A DNA stretch of 64,000 bases from Dehalococcoidia bacterium (GTDB lineage: Bacteria > Chloroflexota > Dehalococcoidia > Lucifugimonadales > UBA3495), in contig DAOUIY010000067.1 of the NCBI GenBank assembly GCA_034423215.1, positions 52,265 to 116,264 on the forward strand, in the 5' to 3' direction. The stretch's first letter is position 1. Each line of letters opens with the position of its first letter. Made by a program: the position numbers and the translations under genes. This document shows positions 37,195 through 47,132 of this stretch, in pieces. The notes under the pieces were generated by a model that saw only the letters and a program-made list of their open reading frames with translations, made no database searches and was not told the origin of the DNA.

Positions 37195-38936
37195 CCTCCC
37201 AGGTCTATTACCGCAAATGGCGTCCCGGCTGTTTTGAAGACCTGGTGGGTCAGGAGCACGTGGCCACCACCCTGCGCCAGGCCATCAGGCTGGGCCGGGT
37301 GTCCCACTCCTACCTCTTCTGCGGCCCCCGGGGCACGGGCAAGACGACCACGGCCCGCATTCTGGCCAAGGCGGTCAACTGCCTGGACCCGCAGGACGGC
37401 GACCCCTGCAATCAGTGTTCCGTCTGCCAGTCTTTCAACGAAGAGCGGTTCCTGGACACCATTGAGATGGACGCCGCCAGCAACCGGGGCATCGAGGACA
37501 TCCGGGAAGTGCGGGACAAGGTGAACTTCGCCCCGGTGGAGGGACGCCGCAAGGTATATATCATTGACGAAGCCCACATGCTCACCGACCAGGCTTCCAA
37601 TGCCTTCCTCAAGACCCTGGAGGAGCCCCCGGCCCACGTCATATTCATTCTGTGCACCACCGAAGCTAACCGGATTCTGCCCACCATTGTCTCCCGCTGT
37701 CAGCGGTTCGACTTCCGGCGCCTGCCCTCGGAGCGCATCTATGGCCGCCTGGCTGAAATTACCGAGGGCGAGGGCGTGGCCGTGGCCGCCGACGCCCTGC
37801 GGCTGGTAGCCCGTTACGCCGCCGGAAGCCTTCGGGACGCGGAGAACCTCCTGGAGCAGTTGGTAGTTTCCTACGGGGACGGGGTGACCCTGGCCCAGGT
37901 GGAGGAGCTTCTGGGCCTGGGCCACGGCGACCGCTGGCTGGACCTGGTCAAGTACCTGCTGATGGGCAATACCACCGCTTCCCTGGAAATTATCAACCAG
38001 GCGGCCTGGGACGGCGTTGACTTGCGGCAGATGCACCGGCAAACCCTGGAGTTGCTGCGGGCGGCCATGCTGCTGGAATGGAGCGCCGCCGATGCCCTGG
38101 AACTGCCGGAGCACGTCAGCGCCCAATTGAAGGAACTCTCCGGCTCCCTGCCCAACTGGCGGATAGTCAAGGCGCTGCGCATCTGGGGCGAGGTCAACAT
38201 GCGCTACGACGCGCCTTCCACCCTGCCGCTGGAGTTGGCGGTGGTGGAAATCTGCAACGATGACGTTGCTCCCCCGGTTGAGGCAGCCAGAACGGAGCCG
38301 GCGGCCCGGCCCATGACGGCCCCACAGCAACGCAGGCCGGCAGCCAACCCCTCGCCATCGCCCGCAACGGCGAGAGCCGGGACCGGTGACAGAGCGGACG
38401 CCGCCGCTCCATCGGGCACGGGCGGGCCAACCGGGGCGCCCGCACCGGCCCGGGCAGCGGAGGGTCCACGCACGGCCCCGGTACGCCCCCAGGCAGCAGG
38501 CCAGGGGGATGTTCCGGCAACGGGCCCCTCATCAGCTCCAGCAGCAACTCCCGGCGGCGGTGGCGACGACGTGCCCGGCATGTGGATGGCTACCGTAAAG
38601 GCCTTGGGGCGGGCCACGGGCAAGCGGTACAATCTGGGCGCCCTGCTGCGCGACTGCAAGCCCAACACCATCACTCTTGAAGGTGATACACTGTTAATAC
38701 CCTTCGTGCATCGTCCCAACATGGAACGGATGCAGGAGGAGTTGGAGGACCCCAACGCCAGGAACCTGGTGACCGAGGCGGTAACCCGCTACTTTGGAAC
38801 GCCTTACCAATTCAGGATTACCCTGGCGGGGGAGTCGGAAGAAGGCGCTCAAGCCAACCGGCCCAACCAGCACAGCCCGCTGGTGCGGACCGCGTTGAAC
38901 TTGGGAGCCAGAATCGTGGAGGACACCATCGAATGA
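37191..38936 (+). CDS. dnaX: DNA polymerase III subunit gamma/tau
   Basis: YRKWRP, GPRGTGKTT, EMDAASNRG, DEAHML, KTLEEPP, SRCQRF. Confidence 0.97.
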   Translation: MTSQVYYRKWRPGCFEDLVGQEHVATTLRQAIRLGRVSHSYLFCGPRGTGKTTTARILAKAVNCLDPQDGDPCNQCSVCQSFNEERFLDTIEMDAASNRGIEDIREVRDKVNFAPVEGRRKVYIIDEAHMLTDQASNAFLKTLEEPPAHVIFILCTTEANRILPTIVSRCQRFDFRRLPSERIYGRLAEITEGEGVAVAADALRLVARYAAGSLRDAENLLEQLVVSYGDGVTLAQVEELLGLGHGDRWLDLVKYLLMGNTTASLEIINQAAWDGVDLRQMHRQTLELLRAAMLLEWSAADALELPEHVSAQLKELSGSLPNWRIVKALRIWGEVNMRYDAPSTLPLELAVVEICNDDVAPPVEAARTEPAARPMTAPQQRRPAANPSPSPATARAGTGDRADAAAPSGTGGPTGAPAPARAAEGPRTAPVRPQAAGQGDVPATGPSSAPAATPGGGGDDVPGMWMATVKALGRATGKRYNLGALLRDCKPNTITLEGDTLLIPFVHRPNMERMQEELEDPNARNLVTEAVTRYFGTPYQFRITLAGESEEGAQANRPNQHSPLVRTALNLGARIVEDTIE

Positions 38937-39232
38937 ACCGGAACATGATGCGCCAGGCCCAGCGTATGCAGGCCCAGTTGCAGAAGATTCAAGAAGAACT
39001 GGAAACGGCCACCGTCGAAGGAAGCGCCGGTGGCGGCGTGGTAAAGGTGGTAATGACCGGCAAACAGATGGTGGAGTCGGTGACCATCGAACCGGAAGCG
39101 GCCGAAGACGTGGAGTTGCTGCAGGACCTGGTCGCCGCCGCCTTCAATGACGCCACCAACAAGACCCAGGAAATGGCAGCCAGCAAGATGAGCGCCATTA
39201 CCGGGGGCATGAACATCCCCGGGTTGACCTGA
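38933..39232 (+). CDS. ebfC: YbaB/EbfC nucleoid-associated protein
   Basis: GSAGGGVVKV, ELLQDLVAAAFN; dnaX-ybaB-recR synteny. Confidence 0.93.
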   Translation: MNRNMMRQAQRMQAQLQKIQEELETATVEGSAGGGVVKVVMTGKQMVESVTIEPEAAEDVELLQDLVAAAFNDATNKTQEMAASKMSAITGGMNIPGLT

Positions 39233-39338
39233 TAGCCTGCCCGTACCGGATTTCCGTCCCTGCGCCCGGCGCGGGGTCACCCGTCTCTATTCTCCGGTGG
39301 CCGCCCTTCTGGGCCGGCCCCGCCTGTAACGGACTGAC

Positions 39339-39956
39339 ATGACCCTGGAGCACCTGCCATCCGCCGCACCTTCCCTGGCGCGGCTAATCCAGGAACTCAA
39401 CAAGCTGCCCGGCATTGGCCCCAAGAGCGCCCAGCGGCTGGCTTACTTCATCATTCGCCTGCCCGACGAGGAAGCCTACGACCTCGCCAACGCCATCAGC
39501 GCAGTCAAGCAGAGCATCATGTTCTGCAGCCAGTGCCAGAACCTCACCGACGCCAGCCCCTGTGCCGTTTGCGCCAATGACCGCCGCAACCGGGAGCAGA
39601 TTTGTGTTGTGGAAGAGCCCATGGACGTGCTGGCCCTGGAGAGGACCCACTGCTACCGGGGCCTGTACCACGTTCTTCACGGCGTCTTGTCCCCCCTGAA
39701 CGGGGTGGGGCCGGACCAGTTGAAACTGCGGGAGTTGTTTGCCCGCCTCTCCGACGGGGCAGTCAAGGAAGTGGTCATTGCCACCAACCCCACGCTGGAG
39801 GGCGAGGCTACCGCCATGTACATCTCCCGCCATCTGACCGGTACCGACGTAAAGGTGACCCACCTCGCCCGGGGCCTGCCCGTGGGCGGTTCCCTGGAAT
39901 ACACCGACGAACTGACGTTAAGCCGAGCCTTCCAGGGTCGGCAAGCGGTAGAGTAG
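39339..39956 (+). CDS. recR: Recombination mediator RecR
   Basis: LPGIGPKSAQR, C4 zinc finger, ICVVEEP, YHVLHG, EGEATA, GSLEYTD. Confidence 0.97.
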   Translation: MTLEHLPSAAPSLARLIQELNKLPGIGPKSAQRLAYFIIRLPDEEAYDLANAISAVKQSIMFCSQCQNLTDASPCAVCANDRRNREQICVVEEPMDVLALERTHCYRGLYHVLHGVLSPLNGVGPDQLKLRELFARLSDGAVKEVVIATNPTLEGEATAMYISRHLTGTDVKVTHLARGLPVGGSLEYTDELTLSRAFQGRQAVE

Positions 39957-40105
39957 GACGCTCCTGGAGAATCTCTGCTGCCCTGAAGGGAAAAGGGCCG
40001 GGGCTGAATTGAAAGAACCGCCCGCTCGCGATTCAGCAGAAGCTCCGGAGCGGCTAAATACCTTCGGGGAAACCAAACACACGAACGAGAGGCAAGCCGC
40101 CAGCA

Positions 40106-40885
40106 ATGCCACCGCCCCGAACATACCGCGCCGAGGCCCTGGTGCTGAAGAGCGTTCCCCTGGGAGAGGCCGACTGCCTCGTGACCCTGTTCACCCGGGA
40201 AACCGGCAAGGTCCGGGCAGTGGCCAAGGGAGCGCGCCGCTCTACCGCCAAGCTGGTGGGCCACGTTGAACCCCTTACCGCCACCCGACTCTCTCTTTCC
40301 AGGGGCAGGAGCCTGGACGTCATAAACCAGGCCGAGACCCTGGAGAACTTCACCCCGCTCAAGACCAACCTGACGGCGGTAACCAGGGGATTGCAGGTTG
40401 CCGAACTGGTGGACGGGTTTGCTTCCGAGGCCAGCGCCAACGAGCCGCTTTACTACCTGGCCCTGGCCACCCTGGCAGCCATCGGGGCGGCCCCCGATGA
40501 TGAGCTGCCTCTGCTTCACTTCAAGCTGCATCTGCTGTCGGTTTCTGGACTGATGCCGGAGCTGCAGGACTGTGTCGGCTGCCGTAACGAAATCGAGCCT
40601 GACCGCCACCGTTACAGCGCCGATGGCGGCGGCGTCTTCTGCCCCGACTGTACGCCTGACCACGCCGGAGTGCGGCCCCTCTCTTTGCGCGCCCTCAAGG
40701 TCATGCGGCTGCTGGCTCGCAACCGGGTAACCGAGTTGCCCACCTTGCGCCTGGACGCCGCCCTGACCCAGGAGTTGAAGTCCCTCCTCACCGGCACGGT
40801 CCAATACTGGCTGGACCGGGAAATTCGTACCGACAACTTCCTCAACCACCTGGCAAGGAAGGAGGGATACCGGGCATTTTCCTAG
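40106..40885 (+). CDS. recO: DNA repair protein RecO
   Basis: GEADCLVTLFTRETGKVRAVAKG, CVGC..CPDC zinc site. Confidence 0.93.
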   Translation: MPPPRTYRAEALVLKSVPLGEADCLVTLFTRETGKVRAVAKGARRSTAKLVGHVEPLTATRLSLSRGRSLDVINQAETLENFTPLKTNLTAVTRGLQVAELVDGFASEASANEPLYYLALATLAAIGAAPDDELPLLHFKLHLLSVSGLMPELQDCVGCRNEIEPDRHRYSADGGGVFCPDCTPDHAGVRPLSLRALKVMRLLARNRVTELPTLRLDAALTQELKSLLTGTVQYWLDREIRTDNFLNHLARKEGYRAFS

Positions 40886-40913
40886 CCGACGACTTTCAAG
40901 CCTCAAGTGTACA

Positions 40914-41201
40914 ATGTTTGAACCCTATATTATTGTGGGTGGCAGAGTAAGAAGGCTTACCCCACACGTTGCATTGAGAATGAGACAACGCCAAGCTGAT
41001 CTAAGCTGGATAATCCAAGTCATTGAGAATCCAGTCGTAGTAGTGGATGATGAAGAAAAGCTCTCGATAAACTATTATGGGTTTATCGCCGGAAAAAACC
41101 CTTTATTGAAGGTAGCGGTCTCCAAGCTGGACGATGAACCTATAGTGACGGTGCATTTTGATAGCGGGGCAACGAGAAGACATTTGCGAGGTGAGCTATG
41201 A
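40914..41201 (+). CDS. Small DUF4258-like (RelE/BrnT-fold) putative toxin
   Basis: 95 aa; LTPHVALRMRQR, VTVHFD; ATGA overlap with downstream DUF2283-like gene. Confidence 0.6.
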   Translation: MFEPYIIVGGRVRRLTPHVALRMRQRQADLSWIIQVIENPVVVVDDEEKLSINYYGFIAGKNPLLKVAVSKLDDEPIVTVHFDSGATRRHLRGEL

Positions 41202-41443
41202 ATCTCGATCAGGCCGACAGTCCTTACTTGAAAGTTTGGTATGACGAGGAGTTGGATATTTTGAACGCGTTGATACCAGGACGGGAAATAGCCACTTCCA
41301 GCGAAGTAACTTCTCCCCTTATCATTGATTTTGGCAGCGAGGAAGACGGCTTCGACGTTGTTGGTTTCGAGCTTCACGGCGCTTCCAAGTATTTGGGGCC
41401 AATGCTGAAGCGCCTCAATTCTGCACCGGTCAGCCATGATTAA
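41198..41443 (+). CDS. DUF2283-like putative antitoxin
   Basis: KVWYDEELDIL...DVVGFELHGAS, acidic 81 aa. Confidence 0.7.
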   Translation: MNLDQADSPYLKVWYDEELDILNALIPGREIATSSEVTSPLIIDFGSEEDGFDVVGFELHGASKYLGPMLKRLNSAPVSHD

Positions 41444-41554
41444 AGAAGAGCATCTCTTCCCGTCGCAAAAGCAAGTCTGATAAACTCGATACTGCAAGGG
41501 TAGATTATCTGGAAAGACCGGCCTGCCAAACTTTAGGGAGAACCAACTGAACCC

Positions 41555-42007
41555 GTGCCCACCTACCGTTTAAGAGTCGGCGAAAATTGGTACACCGTAG
41601 AGGTGGGCGACGTTGGCCGGTCGCCTGTGGAGGTCAACGTCGAGGGACAGACCTACTACGTGGAGGTGGAGGCGGACGAGGCGGAGACCCCGGCCGTCCC
41701 GCCCCGTGGCCGTCGGGGTAGAAGGCCGCCCAGCCGGCTTGCGCCCCCCACACTGCCCCGGGTTGGAGGGGCAGTACCCGCCTTTGACCCGTCGGACAAG
41801 GTCCTGCGCGCGCCCATGCCCGGCCGGGTAATTGCCATTCGCGTGCGTCCCGGAGACCGCGTTGCCTCGGGCGATGAGGTCTGCGTGGTGGAAGCCATGA
41901 AGATGGAACAGAGCATCCGCGCCGCCCAGGACGGCGTGGTGAAGGAAATCTTCGTCCAGCCAATGGACTCCGTTGGGGCCAACGACGCCCTTATCGAACT
42001 GGAGTAG
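41555..42007 (+). CDS. Biotin/lipoyl carrier protein
   Basis: APMPGRV, VVEAMKME biotinylation motif, Pro-rich linker. Confidence 0.9.
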   Translation: MPTYRLRVGENWYTVEVGDVGRSPVEVNVEGQTYYVEVEADEAETPAVPPRGRRGRRPPSRLAPPTLPRVGGAVPAFDPSDKVLRAPMPGRVIAIRVRPGDRVASGDEVCVVEAMKMEQSIRAAQDGVVKEIFVQPMDSVGANDALIELE

Positions 42008-42015
42008 GTTTTGCC

Positions 42016-42810
42016 GTGTCCCTGGAATGGCTCCACTTGGGCGTTCCCTACGGGTGGCTGGTAGTACCCCTGGCCATCACGACCATTTCCGCAGTTGCCC
42101 AGGTCCTGGCCAAACTCCGGGCGCGCAAAGTTCTCAACCGGCTGCGGGCAGACCTGGAATACGCCCGGCTGCGCCACCGTTCCCTGCTGACCGAGTATTT
42201 TCTGCGCCAGCATTTTCTCTGCCGCCAGCTGGACCTGCCCCCGCCCGACCGTCCCGAATCCACCCGGCCCCTGGGGCCGGCGGAAAAGGAAACTGAAGAG
42301 ACCCGGTGGTCGCGCTGGCAGCGGCAGCTCCCGTGGCGCAAACCCAAGACTACCCTGACCGAGGGCTCCACCGGCTCCGCCAGGGCCATCGTTGGCCGGC
42401 ACTCTTTCAGCGTCGGGTGGTCTTTCGTGTGGCGGACCACCGGTTCCAACATGATGCGAGTCGCCCAGCCGGTGGGAAGCCGGCTGGTTTCCTTTGCCCC
42501 GCGGCTGGTAACTTTCGGAGGCGGCGCCGCTTCCACCGGAGGCTCCCTGGCCGCTTCTACCACAATCCGCGCCGTAATCGGGACCGTTTCGGTGGTAGGC
42601 TGGGTTATCGGCCCCGCCCTGGCCGCCTGGACGGTGTTCAGCGAGTCGCGCAAGATTAACAAGGCCCGCCAGCAGTTACGGATTTTGCTGGCCCAGCAGG
42701 GCACCGAACTGGCCTCATTCAGGGTCCGCAACCGCAGGCTGGAAGGCCTTTATGCCGAAGCTACCCTACCGGCTAACGAAAATCGGGACCTGTTAGCTGC
42801 CTCCCACTAA
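42016..42810 (+). CDS. Hypothetical membrane protein
   Basis: 264 aa, 8 nt after carrier-protein stop; N-terminal TM, Gly/Ala-rich hydrophobic segment, basic coiled coils. Confidence 0.55.
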   Translation: MSLEWLHLGVPYGWLVVPLAITTISAVAQVLAKLRARKVLNRLRADLEYARLRHRSLLTEYFLRQHFLCRQLDLPPPDRPESTRPLGPAEKETEETRWSRWQRQLPWRKPKTTLTEGSTGSARAIVGRHSFSVGWSFVWRTTGSNMMRVAQPVGSRLVSFAPRLVTFGGGAASTGGSLAASTTIRAVIGTVSVVGWVIGPALAAWTVFSESRKINKARQQLRILLAQQGTELASFRVRNRRLEGLYAEATLPANENRDLLAASH

Positions 42811-42849
42811 TGGTTCAACAGCTTTGAAATGCTGGCTAATGCACTACAT

Positions 42850-42918
42850 CGTCATTCCTGCCTTCGCAGGAATCTGAACTCCAGCCGGTCGAGGTTCCCC
42901 CGTAGTCGAGAACGACGG
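42850..42918. repeat. REP/MITE-like element, family A (degenerate second hairpin)
   Basis: CGTCATTCCTGCCTTCGCAGGAATC...GAGAACGACGG. Confidence 0.7.
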
Positions 42919-43012
42919 GTTGGGCTGGTTCGATCATCGTTTCAAATTTGTCAGGCCTTGGGAAAGCATGGCCATGGGCCCCTGTATTGCATCAACGAGT
43001 AAACCCGGAAGT

Positions 43013-43075
43013 TCGCTCATGGGGAGCCTGTCGAACCACGAATGGGCGGACCCTCGACAACCTGAGGGCGAGCGG
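43013..43075. repeat. REP/MITE-like element, family B
   Basis: CGCTCATGGGGAGCCTGTCGAACC...CCTCGACAACCTGAGGGCGAGCGG. Confidence 0.65.
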
Positions 43076-43137
43076 CAATACTAACCAGCCTTGCTGGGGG
43101 AATGCCCGCGTGAACGGGGCAAATACATTATGGAGAA

Positions 43138-43252
43138 ATGTCATGCTGAGCTTGCCGAAGCATCTAAACTCCTACCCGGCAGCCAGGCTGCGGTTTCCGG
43201 GCCCTAGTTCCCTGCCAGGACTTCAGACCCTTCGGCAAGCTCAGGGTGACAT
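43138..43252. repeat. Longer family-B element
   Basis: ATGTCATGCTGAGCTTGCCGAAGCATCT...CCCTTCGGCAAGCTCAGGGTGACAT; paralogue of 11175-11306. Confidence 0.75.
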
Positions 43253-43400
43253 TGATTTCCAGTTGAAGTACCTTGCCCAAGGTACGACAACCTTATAGTC
43301 TAATCGCCCTGCCGTCGAAAGTCCCTGCGTGGATAAACGAAGCGGGCAGGTGTTAAAATCAGCCTTGAATTCTGACTTGTTCCGTAGAGGATGTTGGCCT

Positions 43401-46400
43401 ATGCCTCAGGACTTTATCCACGTAAAGGGCGCCCGGGAGCACAACCTCAAGAATGTTGAGGTAACAATTCCCCGGGACAAGCTGGTGGTAATAACGGGCG
43501 TTTCCGGGTCGGGTAAAAGCTCCCTGGCCTTCGACACCATCTACGCCGAAGGGCAGCGCCGCTACGTGGAGTCCCTGTCCGCCTACGCCCGCCAGTTCCT
43601 GGGGCGCATGGACAAGCCCGACGTGGACTACATCGAGGGACTCTCACCGGCCATCTCCATTGACCAGAAGGGCGTCTCCCACAACCCCCGTTCCACGGTG
43701 GGTACCGTTACCGAAATCTACGACTATCTCAGGCTGCTCTTTGCCCGGGTCGGCAAACCCCACTGCCCCAAATGCGGGCGGCCCGTGGAGCGGCAGACCA
43801 TCCAGCAAATTGTGGACGCCATCCTATCCCTGCCCGAAGACAGCCGCATCACCCTGCTGGCGCCCAAGGTGCGCCGCAAGAAGGGCGAGCACAAGGACGT
43901 TTTCGAGGCCGCCCGCCGCGCCGGCTTTGTCCGCATCCGGGTCAACGGCGAAATCCTCATGCTGGACGAGATGGAAAGCCCCAATCTCGACAAGCAGAAG
44001 TGGCACTACATTGAACTGGTGGTGGACCGCATCATCATCCGGCCCGATACGGAACTGAGCCGGGTCTCCGAGTCGGTGGAGACGGCCCTGCGCGAAGGTG
44101 AGGGCGTCCTGCAGATACTCAGGCAGCCCAGCGAAGAGGGAGCCAAAGAGGAGGAGATGGTCTTTTCCGAACAGTTCGCCTGCGTTCGTTGCGGAATCAG
44201 CCTGCCGGAAATAGAGCCCCGCACCTTTAGCTTCAACAGCCCGCACGGGGCCTGCTCCCAGTGCACCGGCCTGGGCTTCAAGCTGGAAGTGGACCCCAAC
44301 CTGGTCATGCCCAACAAGAACCTGTCCCTGCTGGAAGGCGCGGTGGTGGCCTGGAACCGCACCGGGGCCTCTTCGGGCTGGTACATGAGCATGATGGAAT
44401 CGGTGGCCCGCGCCCATGGCTTTTCTCCCCAGGTTCCGGTCAAGGACCTGGACGAGGAGCACCTGAAGGTCATTCTCTACGGCGTCAAGGGCAAGAAGGT
44501 CACCATCCGGCACCGCACTCACAACGGCCGCACCTACAGCTGGGACACCCGCTTCGAGGGGGTAATTCCCAACCTGGAGCGGCGGTACCGCGAAACCGAG
44601 TCCGACCACACCCGCCAGGAAATCGAGCGGTACATGACCGCCCGCCCCTGCCAGGCCTGCAAGGGTCAAAGGCTGAAGCCCGAAGCCCTGGGCGTCAAGG
44701 TCTGCGGCCTCAGCATCATGGACGTTACCGCCATGAACATTGGCCAGGGCGTGGAGTGGGTAAGGGACATAGACCCGGATGCCGACGGTAAGCACGCCGG
44801 AGAAGTCCTGTCCCGCCGCGACAAGTCCATCGCCAACCAGATTCTCAAGGAGATTGACGGCCGGCTGAGGTTCCTGGACGGCATAGGCCTGGACTACGTG
44901 ACCATGAGCCGCACCGCCCGCACCTTGTCCGGGGGAGAAGCCCAGCGGGTCAGGCTGGCAACCCAGATTGGCTCCGGCCTCACCGGGGTCCTCTATGTGT
45001 GCGACGAGCCCACCGTGGGCCTGCACCCCCACGACGACCACCGCCTCATCAACACTCTCACCCGGCTGCGCGACATGGGCAACACGGTGATAGTGGTAGA
45101 ACACGACGAGGCCATGATGCGGGCCGCGGACTACATTGTTGACCTGGGGCCCGGCGCCGGTGAACACGGCGGCCACGTGGTAGCCACCGGCCGGATAGAC
45201 GAGGTTATGGCGAACTCCGGCTCCCTGACCGGCCAGTACCTGAGCGGTGTCAAGGAGATACCCCTTCCCGGGAGCCGCCGCCCTGGCAACGGCCTCCACA
45301 TTACGGTAACCGGGGCGAGGGAAAACAACCTCAAGAACGTGGACGTATCCATACCGCTGGGAATGCTTACCTGCGTTACCGGCGTGTCCGGTTCCGGCAA
45401 AAGCACCCTCACCTATGACATTCTCTACAAACGGCTGGCGCAGGTAATTAACAAGGCCCGGGACTACCCCGGCGACCACGACGACGTTACGGGCGTGGAG
45501 AACATAGACAAGGTGGTCAATATTGACCAGTCTCCCATTGGCCGGACGCCCCGCAGCAATCCCGCCACCTACACTGGGGCCTTTACCCCCATCCGGGAGT
45601 TATTCGCTTCCTTGCCCGAGGCCAGGATTCGCGGCTACAAGCCCGGCCGCTTTTCCTTCAACGTCAAGGGTGGCCGCTGCGAAGCCTGCCAGGGCGAGGG
45701 CTATAACCAGATTGAAATGCAGTTCCTGCCCGACGTAACCGTCCCCTGCGACATCTGCAACGGGCGCCGCTACAACCGGGAGGCCATGGAAGTAACGCTC
45801 AGGGACAAGAGCATCGCCGACGTACTGGAAATGACGGTGGACACGGCCCTGGAGTTTTTCTACAACTTCCCCCGCATCCGTCCCAAACTGGAAACCCTGC
45901 GGGACGTGGGATTGGGCTACATCCGGTTGGGGCAGCCGGCAACCACCCTGTCCGGCGGCGAAGCCCAGCGGGTAAAGCTGGCCACGGAACTGGCCAAGCG
46001 GGCTACCGGCAAGACCCTGTATCTCATGGACGAACCCACCACCGGCCTCTCTTTTGACGACTGCGCCGCCCTGCTGCGGGTACTGCACCGCCTGGTGGAC
46101 AACCGCAACACCATCGTCCTCATCGAACACAACCTGGACCTGATTAAGAACGCCGACTGGATTATTGACCTGGGCCCAGGCGCCGGCGACCGGGGCGGCG
46201 AGTTGATTGCCACCGGCACCCCTGAAATGCTTGCCCGGCACCCCACGTCCCACACGGGCCGCTACCTCAAACCCCTGCTGGAGGCCAACGGCCACGCGCC
46301 GTTAACCGTGGCGGCAGCGCCGGAAGTTGTTGAAGAGGAAGAACCGGCGCCCCCAAAGAAGAAAGCCGCCAGAAAAACCCCACGCAAGCGCGTCAAGGAA

Positions 46401-46424
46401 CCGGTGGCGGTGGGGGACGATTAA
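43401..46424 (+). CDS. uvrA: Excinuclease ABC subunit A
   Basis: [36 protein letters not shown] twice, zinc fingers. Confidence 0.98.
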   Translation: MPQDFIHVKGAREHNLKNVEVTIPRDKLVVITGVSGSGKSSLAFDTIYAEGQRRYVESLSAYARQFLGRMDKPDVDYIEGLSPAISIDQKGVSHNPRSTVGTVTEIYDYLRLLFARVGKPHCPKCGRPVERQTIQQIVDAILSLPEDSRITLLAPKVRRKKGEHKDVFEAARRAGFVRIRVNGEILMLDEMESPNLDKQKWHYIELVVDRIIIRPDTELSRVSESVETALREGEGVLQILRQPSEEGAKEEEMVFSEQFACVRCGISLPEIEPRTFSFNSPHGACSQCTGLGFKLEVDPNLVMPNKNLSLLEGAVVAWNRTGASSGWYMSMMESVARAHGFSPQVPVKDLDEEHLKVILYGVKGKKVTIRHRTHNGRTYSWDTRFEGVIPNLERRYRETESDHTRQEIERYMTARPCQACKGQRLKPEALGVKVCGLSIMDVTAMNIGQGVEWVRDIDPDADGKHAGEVLSRRDKSIANQILKEIDGRLRFLDGIGLDYVTMSRTARTLSGGEAQRVRLATQIGSGLTGVLYVCDEPTVGLHPHDDHRLINTLTRLRDMGNTVIVVEHDEAMMRAADYIVDLGPGAGEHGGHVVATGRIDEVMANSGSLTGQYLSGVKEIPLPGSRRPGNGLHITVTGARENNLKNVDVSIPLGMLTCVTGVSGSGKSTLTYDILYKRLAQVINKARDYPGDHDDVTGVENIDKVVNIDQSPIGRTPRSNPATYTGAFTPIRELFASLPEARIRGYKPGRFSFNVKGGRCEACQGEGYNQIEMQFLPDVTVPCDICNGRRYNREAMEVTLRDKSIADVLEMTVDTALEFFYNFPRIRPKLETLRDVGLGYIRLGQPATTLSGGEAQRVKLATELAKRATGKTLYLMDEPTTGLSFDDCAALLRVLHRLVDNRNTIVLIEHNLDLIKNADWIIDLGPGAGDRGGELIATGTPEMLARHPTSHTGRYLKPLLEANGHAPLTVAAAPEVVEEEEPAPPKKKAARKTPRKRVKEPVAVGDD

Positions 46425-46473
46425 TCACTACAATACCGCTGGCGCCGTTACCACCATTTGAGGGTTAAATTGG

Positions 46474-46725
46474 ATGGATACCCAACAGGAACTTCTAGCG
46501 CGTATAACCGCCAGGCAGGACGTGTTTGGGGGCAAGCCGATCATCCGCGATATGCGTATTTCGGTGAGGCTTATCCTCAGTTTACTGAGCCAAGGAGTAT
46601 CCCAGGAGGATATCCTGGACGATTATCCGGAACTGGAACCGGATGACATTCGCGCCTGCATTGCCTATGCCTGCGCCGTAGTATCCGGTGACACCTTGGC
46701 GTCCATATCGGTTGACGGCGTTTGA
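46474..46725 (+). CDS. DUF433 family antitoxin
   Basis: FGGKPIIRDMRISV, ILDDYPELEPDDIRACIAYA. Confidence 0.92.
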   Translation: MDTQQELLARITARQDVFGGKPIIRDMRISVRLILSLLSQGVSQEDILDDYPELEPDDIRACIAYACAVVSGDTLASISVDGV

Positions 46726-47102
46726 GGTTCATGACAGACCGGTGCGCCGGGCGTCGTCTGGCCGAGTGGTTAAGGACCAACGGGCACGACGTTCTTGAAG
46801 CGCAAAGCCTCGGCCCGGACCCGGGAGACCAGGCGTTGCTGGAATATGCGGCGGCAGAAAGACGCATATTCATCACAATAGACAAGGACTACGGTGAGCT
46901 TATATTTATGCGCCTTGCTGCCCACAGCGGGCTGATACGGCTGCCCGACCTGGAGATGTCCCGGAGAATGACATTGGTTGAAAGATTGATTAGGAGTTAC
47001 AGGCAGGAATTGGAAGAGGGCGCCGTAATCACCATAAACGCCGGACGGATTCGAACTTCATACTCCCCCAACTTTCCGCGGGGATGTAACGGTGATTACT
47101 AG
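46722..47102 (+). CDS. DUF5615 family PIN-like toxin
   Basis: MRFMTD, GHDV, DPGDQALLEYA, FITIDKDYGEL. Confidence 0.9.
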   Translation: MRFMTDRCAGRRLAEWLRTNGHDVLEAQSLGPDPGDQALLEYAAAERRIFITIDKDYGELIFMRLAAHSGLIRLPDLEMSRRMTLVERLIRSYRQELEEGAVITINAGRIRTSYSPNFPRGCNGDY

Positions 47103-47132
47103 ATAACCAAGACAGTTGAGGGGCAAACACCC

